A DNA stretch of 63,837 bases, taken from Malacoraja senta. Taxonomy: Eukaryota. Positions 11,375-25,200 of the stretch are shown piece after piece; the stretch's first letter is position 1; each line of letters starts with the position of its first letter. The stretch is taken from positions 5,084,001 to 5,147,837 of the forward strand of contig CM075989.1 of the NCBI GenBank assembly GCA_038087875.1, given 5' to 3'. The notes below the pieces were generated by a model, which saw only the letters and a list, made by a program, of their open reading frames with translations, searched no databases and had not been told where the DNA came from. The translations under genes were made by a program, and so were the position numbers.

Positions 11375-12240
11375 CTAAGCAAAACAAAAAAAACTTCAAG
11401 CATATGGTAAAAATACATAAAAGCTCCATTCATGATGTGCTATGCAAAGCTGGTTCTTGCAGTAAGTTTGGAGACAAAGAGAACTGAACCTTATTACAGA
11501 GGACTGATATTTTATCTACATTTACAATTTGCTTGAGACTTGAATTCCATATGTCAGGAAGCTCTTCAAAACAGTCCTGACATTCCTGGCTAGAAGGCAA
11601 ACAGCAGTTTCCTGCCTATTGTAGAACATATTTTCCCAGCCTTCAACCCCCCCCCCCCCCCCCCCCACCTTTCTTGGGCATATCTAGTTTATTGATCCTG
11701 TAATTATTATTGACCTAAAAATGTCCTCCCAACGTATCCACCATGCTGCAACTTTCACCCTCTTACCAAATTAGAAGTCATTGCATGGTTTTCTACACCA
11801 GAACATTCCTTAGACGATCATAAAGCTCGGTTACTTTGAAAATGCAACAACAAGACTTGGTGAGTTGCCTTGTATGGTCATTTTTAAATTGACTCTGGTG
11901 GTGTGCTACCCAGTATCAATGTAGATAACAGCAGTTGTCACAACAGGCTTAAATAAACTCCTTCGATAAAATGTGGTACAAAATACTGTTGATGCTTGAA
12001 TCTGGAGAAAAAGAAAAACTGCTGGATCAGGGATCCGGCAGCATCTGTGGAGAGATGTTCCGTCAATGCTTGGGGTCAGAACCCTTCCGTCGACTGTCTA
12101 ATTCCTTTCACAGTTGCTACCCCACTTGCTGAGTTCTTCCAGCAGTTTGTTTTTTGTTCCTTCTATAACCGTCTCGCAACAACTCTATTTATAACAAGTA
12201 TATTGATAGACCGAGAATAACAGCCAAGAGTAAGTCATAA

Positions 12241-12821
12241 AGGGGCTGTCCCAGTTATGCGATTTTTTAGGCAACTGTCATAATCGTAGCTGTTCGCCAA
12301 AAAAACGGCGACTACACCCCCCCTATGACAAATTACAACAACATACCACCTAGTCGACGGCAAGCTACCGACAACCGGCGACCCATTAGGACGTCCACCC
12401 ACGGCCACACCTACGACAACCTACAACCACACAGGCGACAACCTACGACAACCGTAGTCAACCTACGTCCATCCGCGACAAGCTACGACAAGCTATGACC
12501 CTGTCAGCGACAACTGAAGACAATTCAGTCGCCGGTTCCTGTCGTCAGTTGACGTAGGTAGTCGCCAATGGAATTCACCGAAGTCAGCACCGGCGACAAC
12601 CTACATCACCTGGCGACAACCTACGACGGCACCTACGTCAGAAGAAGTCAAGCTACGCCCATTGGCGTCAACCCGCTGTCGGCAACATTTTTTAACATGT
12701 TGAAAATCCAGCGGCGACCAGAAAGACACTATGACTCTTTGGGCGACTGAGGAGAGACTACTCACGACCATACAGGCGACAGCCTAGTCTCCTAAAAAAT
12801 TGCCTAAGTGGGACAGCCCTT
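12241..12821. mobile_element. PIF/Harbinger-like MITE with internal CGACAAC(C)TA repeats
   Basis: TAA|AGGGGCTGTCCCA...TGGGACAGCCCTT|TAA; 3-bp TAA TSD; ~35-bp imperfect TIRs. Confidence 0.8.
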
Positions 12822-13756
12822 TAATTTCTACATTTGCTTACATAAAATGTCCTGTTAAAGCATTAATAATTCAAACAAACCAACTTAGTTATACAAAAAT
12901 GGCAGAGGTTCACATGCGGTACAACTACAGGAGGATTGATCTTCACAAGGTTTAAAACCCATTTACTTTCAGACATTTAACATTTTTCAAGCAATTCCTA
13001 ATCCATTCAGGAATTCAGACTTGTTCAGTATATATTAACAAGGGAGAAAGTACAATTTATGTGCATTAGGCCATTTTTTTGTGTTCAAGAGTTCTAAAAA
13101 GTAATATTCCTTCTGCACGATCAGCACATGATCTTCATTTTTACCCTTATTTTGGACAAAATCAATTTCCGTTGTATATAATTAACCTCAAAACAATAAA
13201 GAAAATGAGAACAGCCAGATGTTTTTACGTTGTAAATAATTACTTCTCACTGCTAAATGTAGGAAGACAAGCCAGAAATTGGTCCAACTCTAGAATCATT
13301 TTGTTGATGTGAAGGTTGTGGTAAATTATCTCTGGACTATACTTAGCAGGACATCACAACTTGGCCTTTCATTAGCCTCAGAGGTTTGAGACAAAAGAGA
13401 ATAAACTCATGTTTTACATTTGTGTTGGATGTGATACATTTTACATCATAAACACAAGGGCAGCAGTCTATTGACAAAATGGTCAACCTTTTAACCTGCT
13501 GCTCTTGTCTCCATCTGACTAGGAGCAGACCACCAATGTGACCATTGAGCCATGGGTATGCCCGAACAAAAATAAATAGATAGAGTTTCATAGTCAAATT
13601 AACAGAACTTGAGTGAAATGAACAAAACATTATATAAATATTAATTATTCTAAAACAGCATGCATCTAACCTACATAGCTTTGCTCTGCAATGTATGCCA
13701 ATGAGCAAAGTAGAAATGAATTTGTAACACGCCAAAGCTAAGCAAAAGCTAAGCAA

Positions 13757-14178
13757 AAGTTTAGTTTAGTTTAGAGATACAGTGTGAAAACAGGTCCTTT
13801 GGCCCACCGAGACCGCACCGGCCAGTGATCCCTGCATATTAACACTATCCTACATACACTAGGGGCACTTTACACATACCAAACCAATTATTCAGTCTAA
13901 AGGGTCTCGACCCGAAACTGTCACCCATTCCTTCTCTCCAGAGATGCTGCCTGAGTCACTCCTGCATTTTGTGTCGATCGTCAATGAATCTACAAACCTG
14001 TACTTCTTTGGAGTGTGGGAGGAAACTGTAGATCTCAGAGAAAACCTGCGCAGTCACGGGGAGAACAATGGAGTACAAACTCTGTACAGACAGCACCCGT
14101 AGTCAGGATGGAACCCCGGGTCCCCGAAGCTGCAAGTGCTGTAAGGCAACAACTCTAATGCTGCACCACCATGCCACC
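13757..14178 (-). mobile_element. HE1-like SINE containing a nested pLTR unit (~13891-13981)
   Basis: (GTTTA)n tail at the left end; SINE core interrupted by AGGGTCTCGACCCGAAAC...GATGCTGCC. Confidence 0.85.
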
Positions 14179-14848
14179 CAAAACAACCAGCATACAAACC
14201 TCTACTGTTTAAGTGATGTAAATTCTCTGGGGATAGCTTTTAGTCATTGCTTATTTAGTCCACCGAGTTTGGACTGATGTTGTTAAGGCTGAATTCCATA
14301 AATGAACTTCTTTTTGAGCAGAAAAAGTGTAGGTTTACACTGACGTCCTCTATATTTAGCTACGAAAGAGATGTGAGCAGAGAATTCTTGCTGGAAGTGT
14401 ACAAATTTCAGTAAATGAGTATTAACGAGAAATTACTAACAAGCAGTTCTCTGTAAACTCATTATTGTACAAAATATTGGTAATCTCTTGTTTAAAAAGG
14501 AAAATCCATTCAGCTTGCACAATGAAAGAAAAACACTTTCAACTGTGTTTTATTTAAATATACTATTAAAGAGGTCTGTATTCTAAAGCTGCATTCATTT
14601 ATACAAACACTAGAGGTCTTATGCTTTTACTGGAAACATGAAAGATTCCAAATATCAGCGTATAAAATCATTTTTGGTTTGTTTAAGCTCACGCTTTAAA
14701 GGGATATGTTCCAATCTAGAACAAGCTCAATATGGGTCTCATTAGAAGTTTACAAAGCTGAATTGACAAACCTACAGAAATTAACGTCAGCAAAAGCTGG
14801 TGATTTTGGTAGCAGAGGGCCAAAAATAGACATTTTATGCAGAGAATT

Positions 14849-15176
14849 TGGGCGGCACAGAAGGGCAGCTGGTCGAGCTGCTTCCTCACAGGACCAGCGA
14901 CCTGGCTTTGACCGTGATCTTGGGTGTTGTCTGTGCGGAATTTGCGCATACTTCCTGAGATTGCATGAGTTTCTCCGAGTGCTCCGGTTCCTCCCACATC
15001 CTAAAAGACATGCGAGTTTGTAGGTTAATTGACCTCTATAAATTGCCCCTTGTGTAACCAGTGAATGAGAAAGTGGGATAACATAGAACTAATGCGGACG
15101 GGTGATTGATGGTTGGCATGGACTCTGTGGGTGGAAGGGCCTTTTCCCATGCTGGATCTCCAAGTTCAACTAAACT
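14849..15176 (+). mobile_element. HE1-like SINE
   Basis: Colinear with the other copies. Confidence 0.8.
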
Positions 15177-15640
15177 CTGTTAACTGTAAAGGACCAGGTT
15201 GATTTGGGGTTTATTCCTGTGGTTTGATTTCAGGGACTTTTATTGGAAAGCTGCAGCTGCTTCACATTAGTTTACAACAAAAACAGCCAGGACACTCTTC
15301 ATTATCTGCTCAAGGCCTCTTTGTAACTAGAAGTTGAGCGAGCTTAAGACCACAACCTTTCTTTTCATCCTTTGTTTTGCACGAGGGGAAATATTTCCTC
15401 TTCCCAAAGTAATCTGGAGTCAAGATTTGAAACTGTACAGTAATAATAAGCCATGGCTTATGAATTTGTGGCGCAATGAGAGCAGCAATATAGTGCCTTG
15501 CTACACTCATAATTTCTAACAATTATATAACAAATATATTTTTAACAATTATCTAACAATATACAACAAAATATATTCCAAATAATATTTATCTGCTGCT
15601 GAATCTAGAGATGTTTGTGAAATCTTTGTCATGCTTTATT

Positions 15641-16000
15641 AGAGTCATAGAGTCAGAGTGATAGTGTGGAAACAGGCCCTTCGGCCCAACTTGCCCACAC
15701 CGGCCAACATGTCCCAGCTACACTCGCCCCACTTGCCTGCGCTTGGTCCATATCCCTCCAAACCTGTCCTATCCATTTACCTGTCTAACTGTTTCTTAAA
15801 CGATGGGATAGTCCCAGCCTCAACTACCTCCTCTGGCACCTTTTCTATACATCCACCACCCTTTGTGTGAAAAAAGTTACCCCTCAGATTCCTATTCAAT
15901 CTTTCCCCCCTCCCCCCCCCCCCCTCATCTTGAACCTATGTCCTCTGGTCCTTGAGACTCTGTGCTATCTGGGCAAGAGACTCTGTACATCTACCCGATC
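15641..16000 (-). mobile_element. CR1-type LINE 3' fragment
   Basis: (AGAGTC)n tail and GGAAACAGGCCCTTCGGCCC end shared with the SINE 3' ends. Confidence 0.72.
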
Positions 16001-16557
16001 TTTGGAATGCATGATTCAGAGCTGCTTTGTAACACAAATAAGCCAGAAATATTAAAATTCTTAAAATGTTCAGGAATACCCGGCATACACCTTTTCAAAT
16101 TTTAAGTTGTAGGGGGCAGTCATGTAGATACATTACAAAAGATAGTGCATTGAGATGAACTGATGCAATTTGTGGTTTTATGTAGGGATAGTAGGCAGGT
16201 GAGCAGGGAGTCCCTTCATATATCAACGAAGCATGGAATCTTTGGTTCCATTTGACCAGGCAAAGTATTTAAAATAAGAAATCATTTTTAACAAAGCAAC
16301 ATCCTTTTAGAACAGAACCAAAACAATGACTTGGATTTAATGCTCAAATTCGAGAAAGGGAATAGCATAAATTGTATGTGCTGTGCTGGAACAAATTGGT
16401 AAAAATAATTTTGCCATTTAAGTATTTTGTCTAAAACTATGGCAGGATATTTCTGTGACTGTAGTGGTGCCTGGTTTGACATAACAAAGCTACATCTATA
16501 CTACTTCCAAAGTATAGAAAATAAATGGCATTAAAAATGCCAATATTGATACAGAAT

Positions 16558-16847
16558 GTACACAAAAATGCTGGAGAAACTCAGCGGGTGCAGCAGCATC
16601 TATGGAGCGAAGGAAATAGGTAACGTTTCGGGCCGAAACCCTTCTTCAGACTGATAGGGGGTGGGGAGAAGAAAGGAAAAAAGGAAAAAGGCGGAGGAGG
16701 AGCCCGAGGGCTGGGGGAGGGGAGGAGACAACCAGATGGCTGATGAAGGGGAGGGGACAGCAAGGGCTAGCAGAATTGGGAGAATTCAATGTTCAAGCCC
16801 CCAGGATGTAGACTGCCCAAGCGGAATATGAGGTGCATTTCCTCCAA
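16558..16847 (-). mobile_element. Young Penelope 3' fragment (end of GIY-YIG ORF plus pLTR)
   Basis: Nearly identical to 57236-57525; intact hammerhead-like core at 16622-16649. Confidence 0.9.
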
Positions 16848-17411
16848 TGTGTTGCTCTTTACAATTCTCGGCTTGTTCCACCTTAAGAGAGTATTTTAAA
16901 TTGACTTGAAATCCAATTGGAAAATAAAAACCTTATGTTTTATCCTTTTATAAGGCGCATGGGAAAGACATGATCTGAATCTCTACAACTACATATTTGT
17001 AAGGTTCACAAAAAATGTGAAACATCAAGTGGAACAGAACTCCCCTTGAACAAATCACTTCAATTCTCAAGTGACTTTACAAAGTTTACTATAAACGTTT
17101 GTTTTCTTAGGCCCATACACACCTCACTCATGCCCCACTTCATCTTCATTGGATTGTAAAAATATTGCACCATAGCCCACACTCAGCACATTCAGGGCCA
17201 CAACTTTGACTGCAAAACACCTCACTACTAATGTTTTCTCTTAAATCAACTTGCATAATGTACATCACACTTATCAACACTTAATTTATGGAATCAATCT
17301 CATCTGTATTCTCCCGATTCTATTAACTTTCCAGCGTTTCTCCATAAAAGACATTACGCTAAAATGTACTCGGTTAAAATACCAAACCAAATAAGACACT
17401 GTCTATCAAAC

Positions 17412-18190
17412 ACCCATCCTTTTTCTCCAGAGATGCTTCCTGACCCGCTGAAATACTCCAGCACTTGGTCTCTATCAAACGATTGTTTTGCTGAACACGT
17501 ATGCTCAGTTTGCTTTGGTCTACCCAGTTACCAAACATTTTAACTCCCCTTCCCATGTTGACCTTTCTGTCCGAGGCCTCCTCCACGGCCAGAGTGATGC
17601 CAGACGCAAATTGGAGGAACAGCACCTCATATTTTGCTTGGGCAGCTTACACCACAGCGGTATGAATGTTGAATTTTCTATTTTCAAGTAACCCCTGCAT
17701 TCCTTCCCTCCGCCCTTCCCCACCCTAGTCATCCTACTAGTTCCACTGTTTGCATCCCCATAACCCTTCGTTATCACCTCTTCCCCAGCCAACAATGGGC
17801 CATTATGGCCCCCACCCTTCCGTGGACATCTATTGCTAGCCCTGATTTGTTCTGCCCTTTATCTACCTCCAGATCCTCTCTCTCCCTTACATAGAAACAT
17901 AGAAAATAGGTGCAGGAGTAGGCCATTCAGCCCTTCGAGCCTGCACCGCCATTCAATATGATCATGGCTGATCATCCAACTCAGTATCCTGTACCTGCCT
18001 TCTCTCCATACCCCCTGATCCCTTTAGCCACAAGGGCCACATCTAACTCCCTCTTAAATATAGCCAATGAACTGGCCTCCCCCCCCCCCTACTTTCAGTC
18101 TGAAGGATTCCGACCCATGTCACCCATCCTTTCTCTCAAGAAATGCTGCCTGACCCGATGAGTTATTCCCGCATTTTGTGTCTATCTTCC
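17412..18190 (+). mobile_element. Older Penelope 3' fragment interrupted by a CR1 tail (17889-18079, minus)
   Basis: ORF 17488-17691 (KHFNSPSH...RKLEEQHLIFCLGSL); pLTR at 18096-18190; short pLTR piece flanked by TCTATCAAAC at 17402-17411/17471-17480. Confidence 0.82.
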
Positions 18191-19724
18191 AAACTAGAAA
18201 TGATATGCAATATCTCTAGCTTCTCTTAGTTAATCTTTACTTCAGAGTTCTCATGAGGTTTGACTGTTTGTTTAAAAGGTTCTTAATTGTGTCCTTAATG
18301 TAGAAAAGACACTATATTCAGACTTTAACTGGTCCATTGATTTACCAGAATTGACTGATTGTTTGGCCTATTTTTTTGTTTAAAAATGAATTCACAAGAG
18401 GAAGTAGGGAAAGGAAATGAACTTGTGGAATTTCTGAACCTGCCTACAACATTATTGCAACATCCTGAATTAGTCTTTTCTGCAAATTCTGAAAAGAATT
18501 AATGTTTATTTTACTGCAAACTTAGAGCCAATTGTTATTTGTTTAAAGACTTTTGTAAGTGAAGCCAGATAGCACTTTGGTAAAGGACGGCAAGAGTTTG
18601 AAATTCCTCCTGAAAAGCTATTGCTAGGCAAACTCATTTGAAATCTGAGACCGATAGATTTTGGTTATGGTATTAAAAAATATGGGCCAAGGGGATTATG
18701 TCTGGATTTCAAACACAATCATGATTGCAGTGCATAACGGCTGCAGGCCAGTCCAATTTCATTTTTATTCAATCGCAGAATGAGAGTATGTGAGAAGGCT
18801 GGCGATAGACCAATTCGCTTCTTGGCAACTTTTACAAGGCTGCTAATGGATACCCAAATGGTTCTGAGGTCAGTCGTGGTGTTGCACTTCAATATGTCAA
18901 ACTGGCAGTACTTACACAGTAACTGGTAGAACCCTGGAAAATATTGTACAAGAGTGATATGGAAGGCTAGTGCATGGTTCCCTAAAAATCGTGAGCCTGG
19001 TGGACTGTGTTGTGAACAAGGCGTATGGCACGCTTGCCTTCATTGGGAAGGTTAATGAGTACAAAAGAGTGATTGTCAGAGGTAGCTATAGAAGCTGATA
19101 CAATTACCACTTTCAAAAACATTTGGACAGACATATGAATAGGAAAGGTTTAAAAGAGCTAAGGACCAAGAAGAGCTAAGGACCAAATGCAGGTAAACAG
19201 GACTGGCACAGAATGCCTGAGTAGCATGAATAATATGGGTCAAAGTGCTGTGCAGTTCTATGACTCTTAAATTGAAACTTTAAGTATGAAATCCAATGCA
19301 AATTGAACTTATGGCTCAAAATTGTTCATACTGTTCTCCAATTATTAGCCGCCTAATGTATCCATTAAATGGCCTTGCCCCACATTCAAATGACATGCTT
19401 CAATATTTTTCCATCAAGGAACTCAGGTGCAATTGCCGGGCCCTCATGTTTATCCCTCCCTCGTACAAAGAACACTTCATGCTGGTCCTATGTCAACTAC
19501 TATTGATTGAAGAAGACCATCACAGGTCCTGCCCTCACTCATCATCCTTGGTTATTAATTTTCCAATTCCTTATCTGCACGTGGATGAAATTCATTGATT
19601 TAACTTCTCTAGCTCCAGGATACTAAAGCCAACCCCAGAAGCTTAAACAATCTTGTGGTTGCTTAACTGGGGACTGAATTCAAGAACATCAATGTTAATC
19701 ATAATTGGTTTGCATCTGTGCGCA

Positions 19725-20180
19725 GAAAAGATTTACAAGAATGTTGTCAGGACTTGAGGTATAGAGGGAGGTTGGGCAAGCTAGGACATTATTCCTTGGA
19801 GTACTGGAGGATGAAGGGTGATGTTACAGAGGTATGCAAAATCATGAGGGAATTGGATAGGGTAAATGCACAGTCTCTTACCCAGAGGAAGGGAATTAAG
19901 AACCAGAGGTTATGGGTTTACGGTGAGAGTGGAAAAAATTAATAGGAACACCATCAGCAACTTTGTCCACGCAGAGGGCGGTGGGTATAAGGAACAAGCT
20001 GCCAGAGGATGTAGTTGAGGCAGGGACTATAACAAGATTTGAAAGACATTTGGACAGGTACGTAAATAGGAAAAGTTTAATGGGATGCGGGCCAAAGGCA
20101 GGTGGGACTAGTGTAGATGGGGCATCTTGGTCAGCATGGGCAAGTTGGGTCAAAGGGCCTATTTCCATGCCGTATGACTC
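19725..20180 (+). mobile_element. CR1-type LINE 3' fragment
   Basis: ORFs 19718-19942 and 19963-20259 (TQRAVGIRNKLPEDVVEAGTITRFERHLDRY). Confidence 0.8.
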
Positions 20181-20228
20181 TCCCTTGGGACATAATACAT
20201 GCATACATTTCCATAAAGATCAACTCAC

Positions 20229-20412
20229 CGTAGTGCGCTGTAGCCTTGACACACGCTGATGCAACAAAGAACATTTTCCTGGTTCACTTGATCCTCTCCA
20301 AGAAATTTGCAAACTATGTTTCCACCCAGGCTGAACCCCACAACCACCAGCTGGGTCTGAGGGAATGCTTTCTTTATGTTGTTCACCATGGCGCCAAATT
20401 CCCATGTACAAC
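20229..20412 (-). CDS. ABHD2: ABHD2 coding exon 4 (184 nt; GCTWEFGAMVNNIKKAFPQTQLVVVGFSLGGNIVCKFLGEDQVNQENVLCCISVCQGYSALR), contains catalytic Ser
   Basis: Hand translation, not in the ORF track. tatAG|GT acceptor, CG|GTGAGT donor; GxSxG motif GFSLG. Confidence 0.97.
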
Positions 20413-21780
20413 CTATATGGAAAGAATGATGTTAACTTCCAAAGCAACTGAAGATAGAAACATTTATTCAAACATTTCAATCCCAATTCACCGTATTTCT
20501 TCGGTTCCGTACATCATGTGCTCTGGGTTCGAGCAAATTTAAAAATACAGATATGCAGTTAAATTTGTTAGAAATTGAATATTTTAACGAAATTCATTCA
20601 TCGTCAGAATGAAAATGCTCGTGTTGTTTTGGGAATTCACTTAAAGGTTTTAATTCAATTTTGTTTCGTTTATTGTCACTTGTACCATATTATGTGCAGT
20701 TTTGTTCAAATCTTTCCACACTATATTTAGGCAGCACCCAACAAACCTAATTTGGCAGAACAAATATCTACATTTGGCACATCTTCCTATCAAAAAAAAT
20801 GTGCACAGTGCAATTCTGTGACTTTAATCCACAATGACTGTGCTGCTGACAAAGATAGGTATGTAGTTTAAATATGTGAATTGCCAATGTATGCACATCC
20901 ACAACTGATATATTGCGAAATATATAATGAAAATTACAGTACCACAAAGACAAAATATGCAAATTTCCTTGCAGTCATTATGTAAAAAAATTATCAAAAG
21001 GGCAATTATGCAAACTAAATGATTTTTATGAAGTTTGAAGGGCTCTTGAGCAGTAGCACACAAAAGATGTATTGATGAACCATGGCTGGAATATATCAGT
21101 TTTTCCACTAGCATACCTTCCAAATGCAGCGTGATCCAATAGCACAAGCCTCCAGGGCTATTCAGACACCTGCACAAATTTAAGGTGCTAGAGTGCTTCA
21201 TCATATCGTTGAATTCAATGGAAATATTTCATTATGTTTGACTTTTTTTTGGAGTGCAGTGCACAATGCCTGTGTAAATACTGTAAGCTTTTAAAAACAA
21301 TACTTTACAAAGTAGCAAGGGGCTTATTTGATTTTGCTGATTAGTTCCCAATAATGAAACACCATATCTCCCTGAACTGTCAAATATGGTCATAGACCAA
21401 CTGCAGTTGAGGAAGGCCATTGGGGCCATTACAACTCTTCTATCCAGAACAACCCAAAAAAAACCCGGCACTTCACGACTTCCTTGTGCAACAAGTGCAG
21501 CTCCAATCTTAACCTGAACACGAGTTTAGTTTAGTTTATTGTCACCTGCACAGTGAAAAGCTTTTGTTGCGTGCGAACCAGTTAGCAGAAAGACAATACA
21601 TGATTACAATTGAACCATCCACAATGTACAGATACCATAGTTAAAGTTTAAAAAACGCTGCTGTCGGAGTAGAGATTTAAAGGAGTAGAGCGATTGTAAT
21701 GCGTGATTGCAAATCCACTTCTGTGACTAGGAAGCAGAGAGCCTGGCTTGGGTGCCGTCTTGGATCTAAGATGATAGTAC

Positions 21781-22270
21781 TAGGGTTGCCAACTGACCCG
21801 TATTAGCCATACGGGACTGCCCTTGCCCCGTATTTGACTGCTAATAGTCGGGTCGAGGGGACTGTCGGGTCGGAGCGCCGCGTCCACTTCACCCTTCCAG
21901 ACGTAGTGCAACCCATGGAGTGTAGCAGCAGCGCCTCGCCCGTGGCCCTGTCGGTCGGCAGCACGGCCAGCAGTCCGACCTTCGGACCTTCGCTTACCGC
22001 CGACACCGCCACCCCCCCTCATGGCCGGTGATCGGTTCATGAGTTGGACGGGGTGCCGGATTTTGCACGCAACGTCCCTTGCAAAGTCCGGCGCCCGGGC
22101 CAAAACTCCTCAGCCCGTCTGCCGGCTGGGCTTTGTGTGCAGTCCAGCACCTGGGCCAACTCATCATTCACCCAGCCACGGCCGAGTCGGTCAACGAATT
22201 GCCGTCGGGAATTTGTCCCTTAATTTGACCATTTGCCCCTTATTTGGGAGTGAGAACGTTTGCGATCCTA
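21781..22270. mobile_element. hAT-family MITE, GC-rich
   Basis: TAGGGTTGCCAAC ... GTTTGCGATCCTA imperfect TIRs; 8-bp flanks GATAGTAC/GATAGCTC; subterminal CCCGTATT/CCCTTATT repeats. Confidence 0.75.
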
Positions 22271-25200
22271 GATAGCTCCCTAAGTAATAGCACATTCAAA
22301 GAATAGAATGATTAAATTGAGCCACAGGTGACGACGTTTCCATCTGTGCCAGACACAAATGCAGATTATTGTCAAATCTTAAATAATAACTTCCCTTGAG
22401 AAAATATTGCAAAAGCAAGTCCCTCAAGTAACCAACTCCTTTACCTTGTTAATCTAGTTATGTTAAAGAAAAAGAAACCAAGTCAAAGCCCATAGAGCAG
22501 AACATCGAAATAAGAGACGAACAAGGCTATTGAATGCTAGCAACATTAGTTGATTTTTTTAAAGCTGAGATGAAGCGAAGAATCTAGCAAAGAGATCCTG
22601 TTTGAGTTTCAAGAAAAAGGTAGAATTAGCTGTGGTAACATGAGGCTTGATTTTAAAAATCTTTGAAGATGCAAGGAAAATGGAACAGGTACAGAGATTT
22701 TGCTCCTTTTGATATTATATTTAATAAAGCATACAGCTGGTGGTAGCAAGAAATCAACTAAGAAAATTTATGACTCATTTATTTACCAACTCCCATAGCA
22801 ACAGGCGGTTATTCTTAGCAATGACAGCAGGGGAATGAAGTCTGCATAACTTTAGGAACATTCAAGTGAAAGAACATTTAGGTGCATCAAACATTGGCAT
22901 GGATTTCAGCGGAGTACAAAGGTGGAAGAATGGATTCAGAACAAGTGCAGTAACATTTTCAGGGTGATTTCTTTCCAATCCTTCCAGACTCATTTGAGAT
23001 TATAGGTTCTGCAATTTCTCGAGTGTTTGCCTGCTTTCAGCACTATGCCAAAATACTAATTCTTGGGAAGACCGTCAATCAGTCACAATAATCAATCAGC
23101 AATGTCAAATCTAATGCAGAGAAAAATTTAGAAAATGATCACATGCTCTAAATTTGTAATAAAAATCAAAGGACTGTGGCATATGAAAGTCTGGCTGTTT
23201 ATTGCTTTACTAGCAAGCTTTGTAATAAAATTAAATGCAGCTGGGCTTCATCTCTACAATTCTTTCAAACTGTTAACGTTGATTTAAGAACGATAAGATT
23301 AAATAATATCTCACTCAACAAATAGCAGTATATTTCTAATTACATGCCCACTTGGCATCTACAATGAAGTTGAGCACATTGTATGTGTAAAGAATAGAGG
23401 GTTAAAGGATCAGCCCATGCTCTGACTGGACAGAAAGATCTGCTTCTACTGTTGGATCTTTTTTTTTTAACAATATGAGATGTGATCATCTTTTCGAAAA
23501 ACACAAATCTGTTTACATAACCCTACTTGCCTCAAACTATTACAATCCTTCTAGTGAAGGGATTCCCCGTGCTAAATGTCCAGGAATTAGTATAAACACA
23601 TGTAACTTTAATTTATAAAACCATAAAGCAAAGAAAAAATATCATTAAAATGGATCAATAGGCAAAGGTTTTTCAATCGCATTTGGTTAATCAAATGTGG
23701 TAAAAATATGAGCAAGTTATTGATATGCTATTTTAACAAGATACAGAAAAGAGTTAACTCAATCCCAAGGAAGAAAGGCAACTTATAGAACTTTAAATTG
23801 CAGAAATATATGCAGGGAACAAAGTAGAAATGCTATGGCATAATTCATAAGAAAAGAGATGGCACTTCTATTAAACCACAATGTTACAACATGTCCAAAT
23901 TAAGGTTGTGAGCGGTGCTCACTGTGAATCTTTATTAATCCTATGATCTACAAAATGCACAAATGAAATTTAATCTATGTAATATTGCAACAATTTCAAA
24001 GGTTATACCTTTGGACTATGAAATGTCATGATTAGGCACTATGGACTGAAACAAAACAGATATGCTGAAACTTGAATGGTTAATTAATGTTAATCCTTCA
24101 ACTAAGCTTGAAAACTGCACTCAAAGTGAAGTTCAAACAGATGTTTTATTGATGAGGCGTTGTCAGTTGTGGAACACTATATTCAGAGAGCTCCAGCATC
24201 TGAAAACAACACCCACAAATACGTCAAATTTTATAGTTCAGTAAGGTCAACAAGTCACAATCACGGGTGAAATTCATGAGAAGTTTTATTACAAAAGGGC
24301 TTTTGGCCATCATTTCATATCAATTTATTCATATAAAAACATCCCAGGTTTTAACTTAGATCTGCATTCCTGCAGCCTAGATCAAGTAGTAGATAAGATG
24401 CAGATCCAACTGCATACAAAAATATTATGGCTGTCAGCAACTCTAATCAGAATCACAACATAGACTTAACACAAAACACAGAAAGGAAAGCATTTATAAT
24501 GACTCATAAATTTACTAAAGCACAAGAATTAAATTATGGAGTTAACCCAGATCTAAAAAAGAAAACAAATCTAGACAAAGGTGCGGGTCATAATGCGAGA
24601 CACCAACAAGACTGATGTAGTAAGGAGGCTTGTCATACTGTCCACATATCACACAAAGTTAGTTGATCAATGCTTCAGTGCCAATTCTTTGTAAAAGTAA
24701 TCCAAATGAACAAATTCTCACTTTAAAATATTTTGGAATGACCCGACGATGTCGGTGAGCTTGACGCCATTGTCCTTTACCTTTCATTACTCCAAGTGTT
24801 TACTCACTCTTACAGGCTCCAATATTCACAGCATTTTCAGCTTAGCTTTAGTTTAATACCTGCATAATTTTGCCTCAGGTCACTTCAGTCCAGTGAAATT
24901 TACCAGAATGCTCATAATCCAGCACAGCCAGGGCTTTGGTTTTGCCCGACAGATTTCTCAGGCAATTGAATGTTATTCCTATTAATATTTAAACACCTTT
25001 TAAATTCACTTTAAAAAAAGATGTTACACAGCTTTTTGAATTTTCTAGTAAGCCAGGTAAATTTAAAGAGTTTGCGGGAACAGGTGAATTTCAATGGAGC
25101 ACAGAAAATTGCAACTACCAAACAATCAGGATTTCCGAATACTTAAGATGGTCGATCATTGTAGATTTACTGTGATCCCATTGTCTCATGTCTCTCCTCC

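Noticed and set aside
12300..12780. Repeat array or coding exon (ORF 12568-12750)
   Set aside because: Short irregular motifs inside a TIR-bounded MITE; no protein similarity or splice context.
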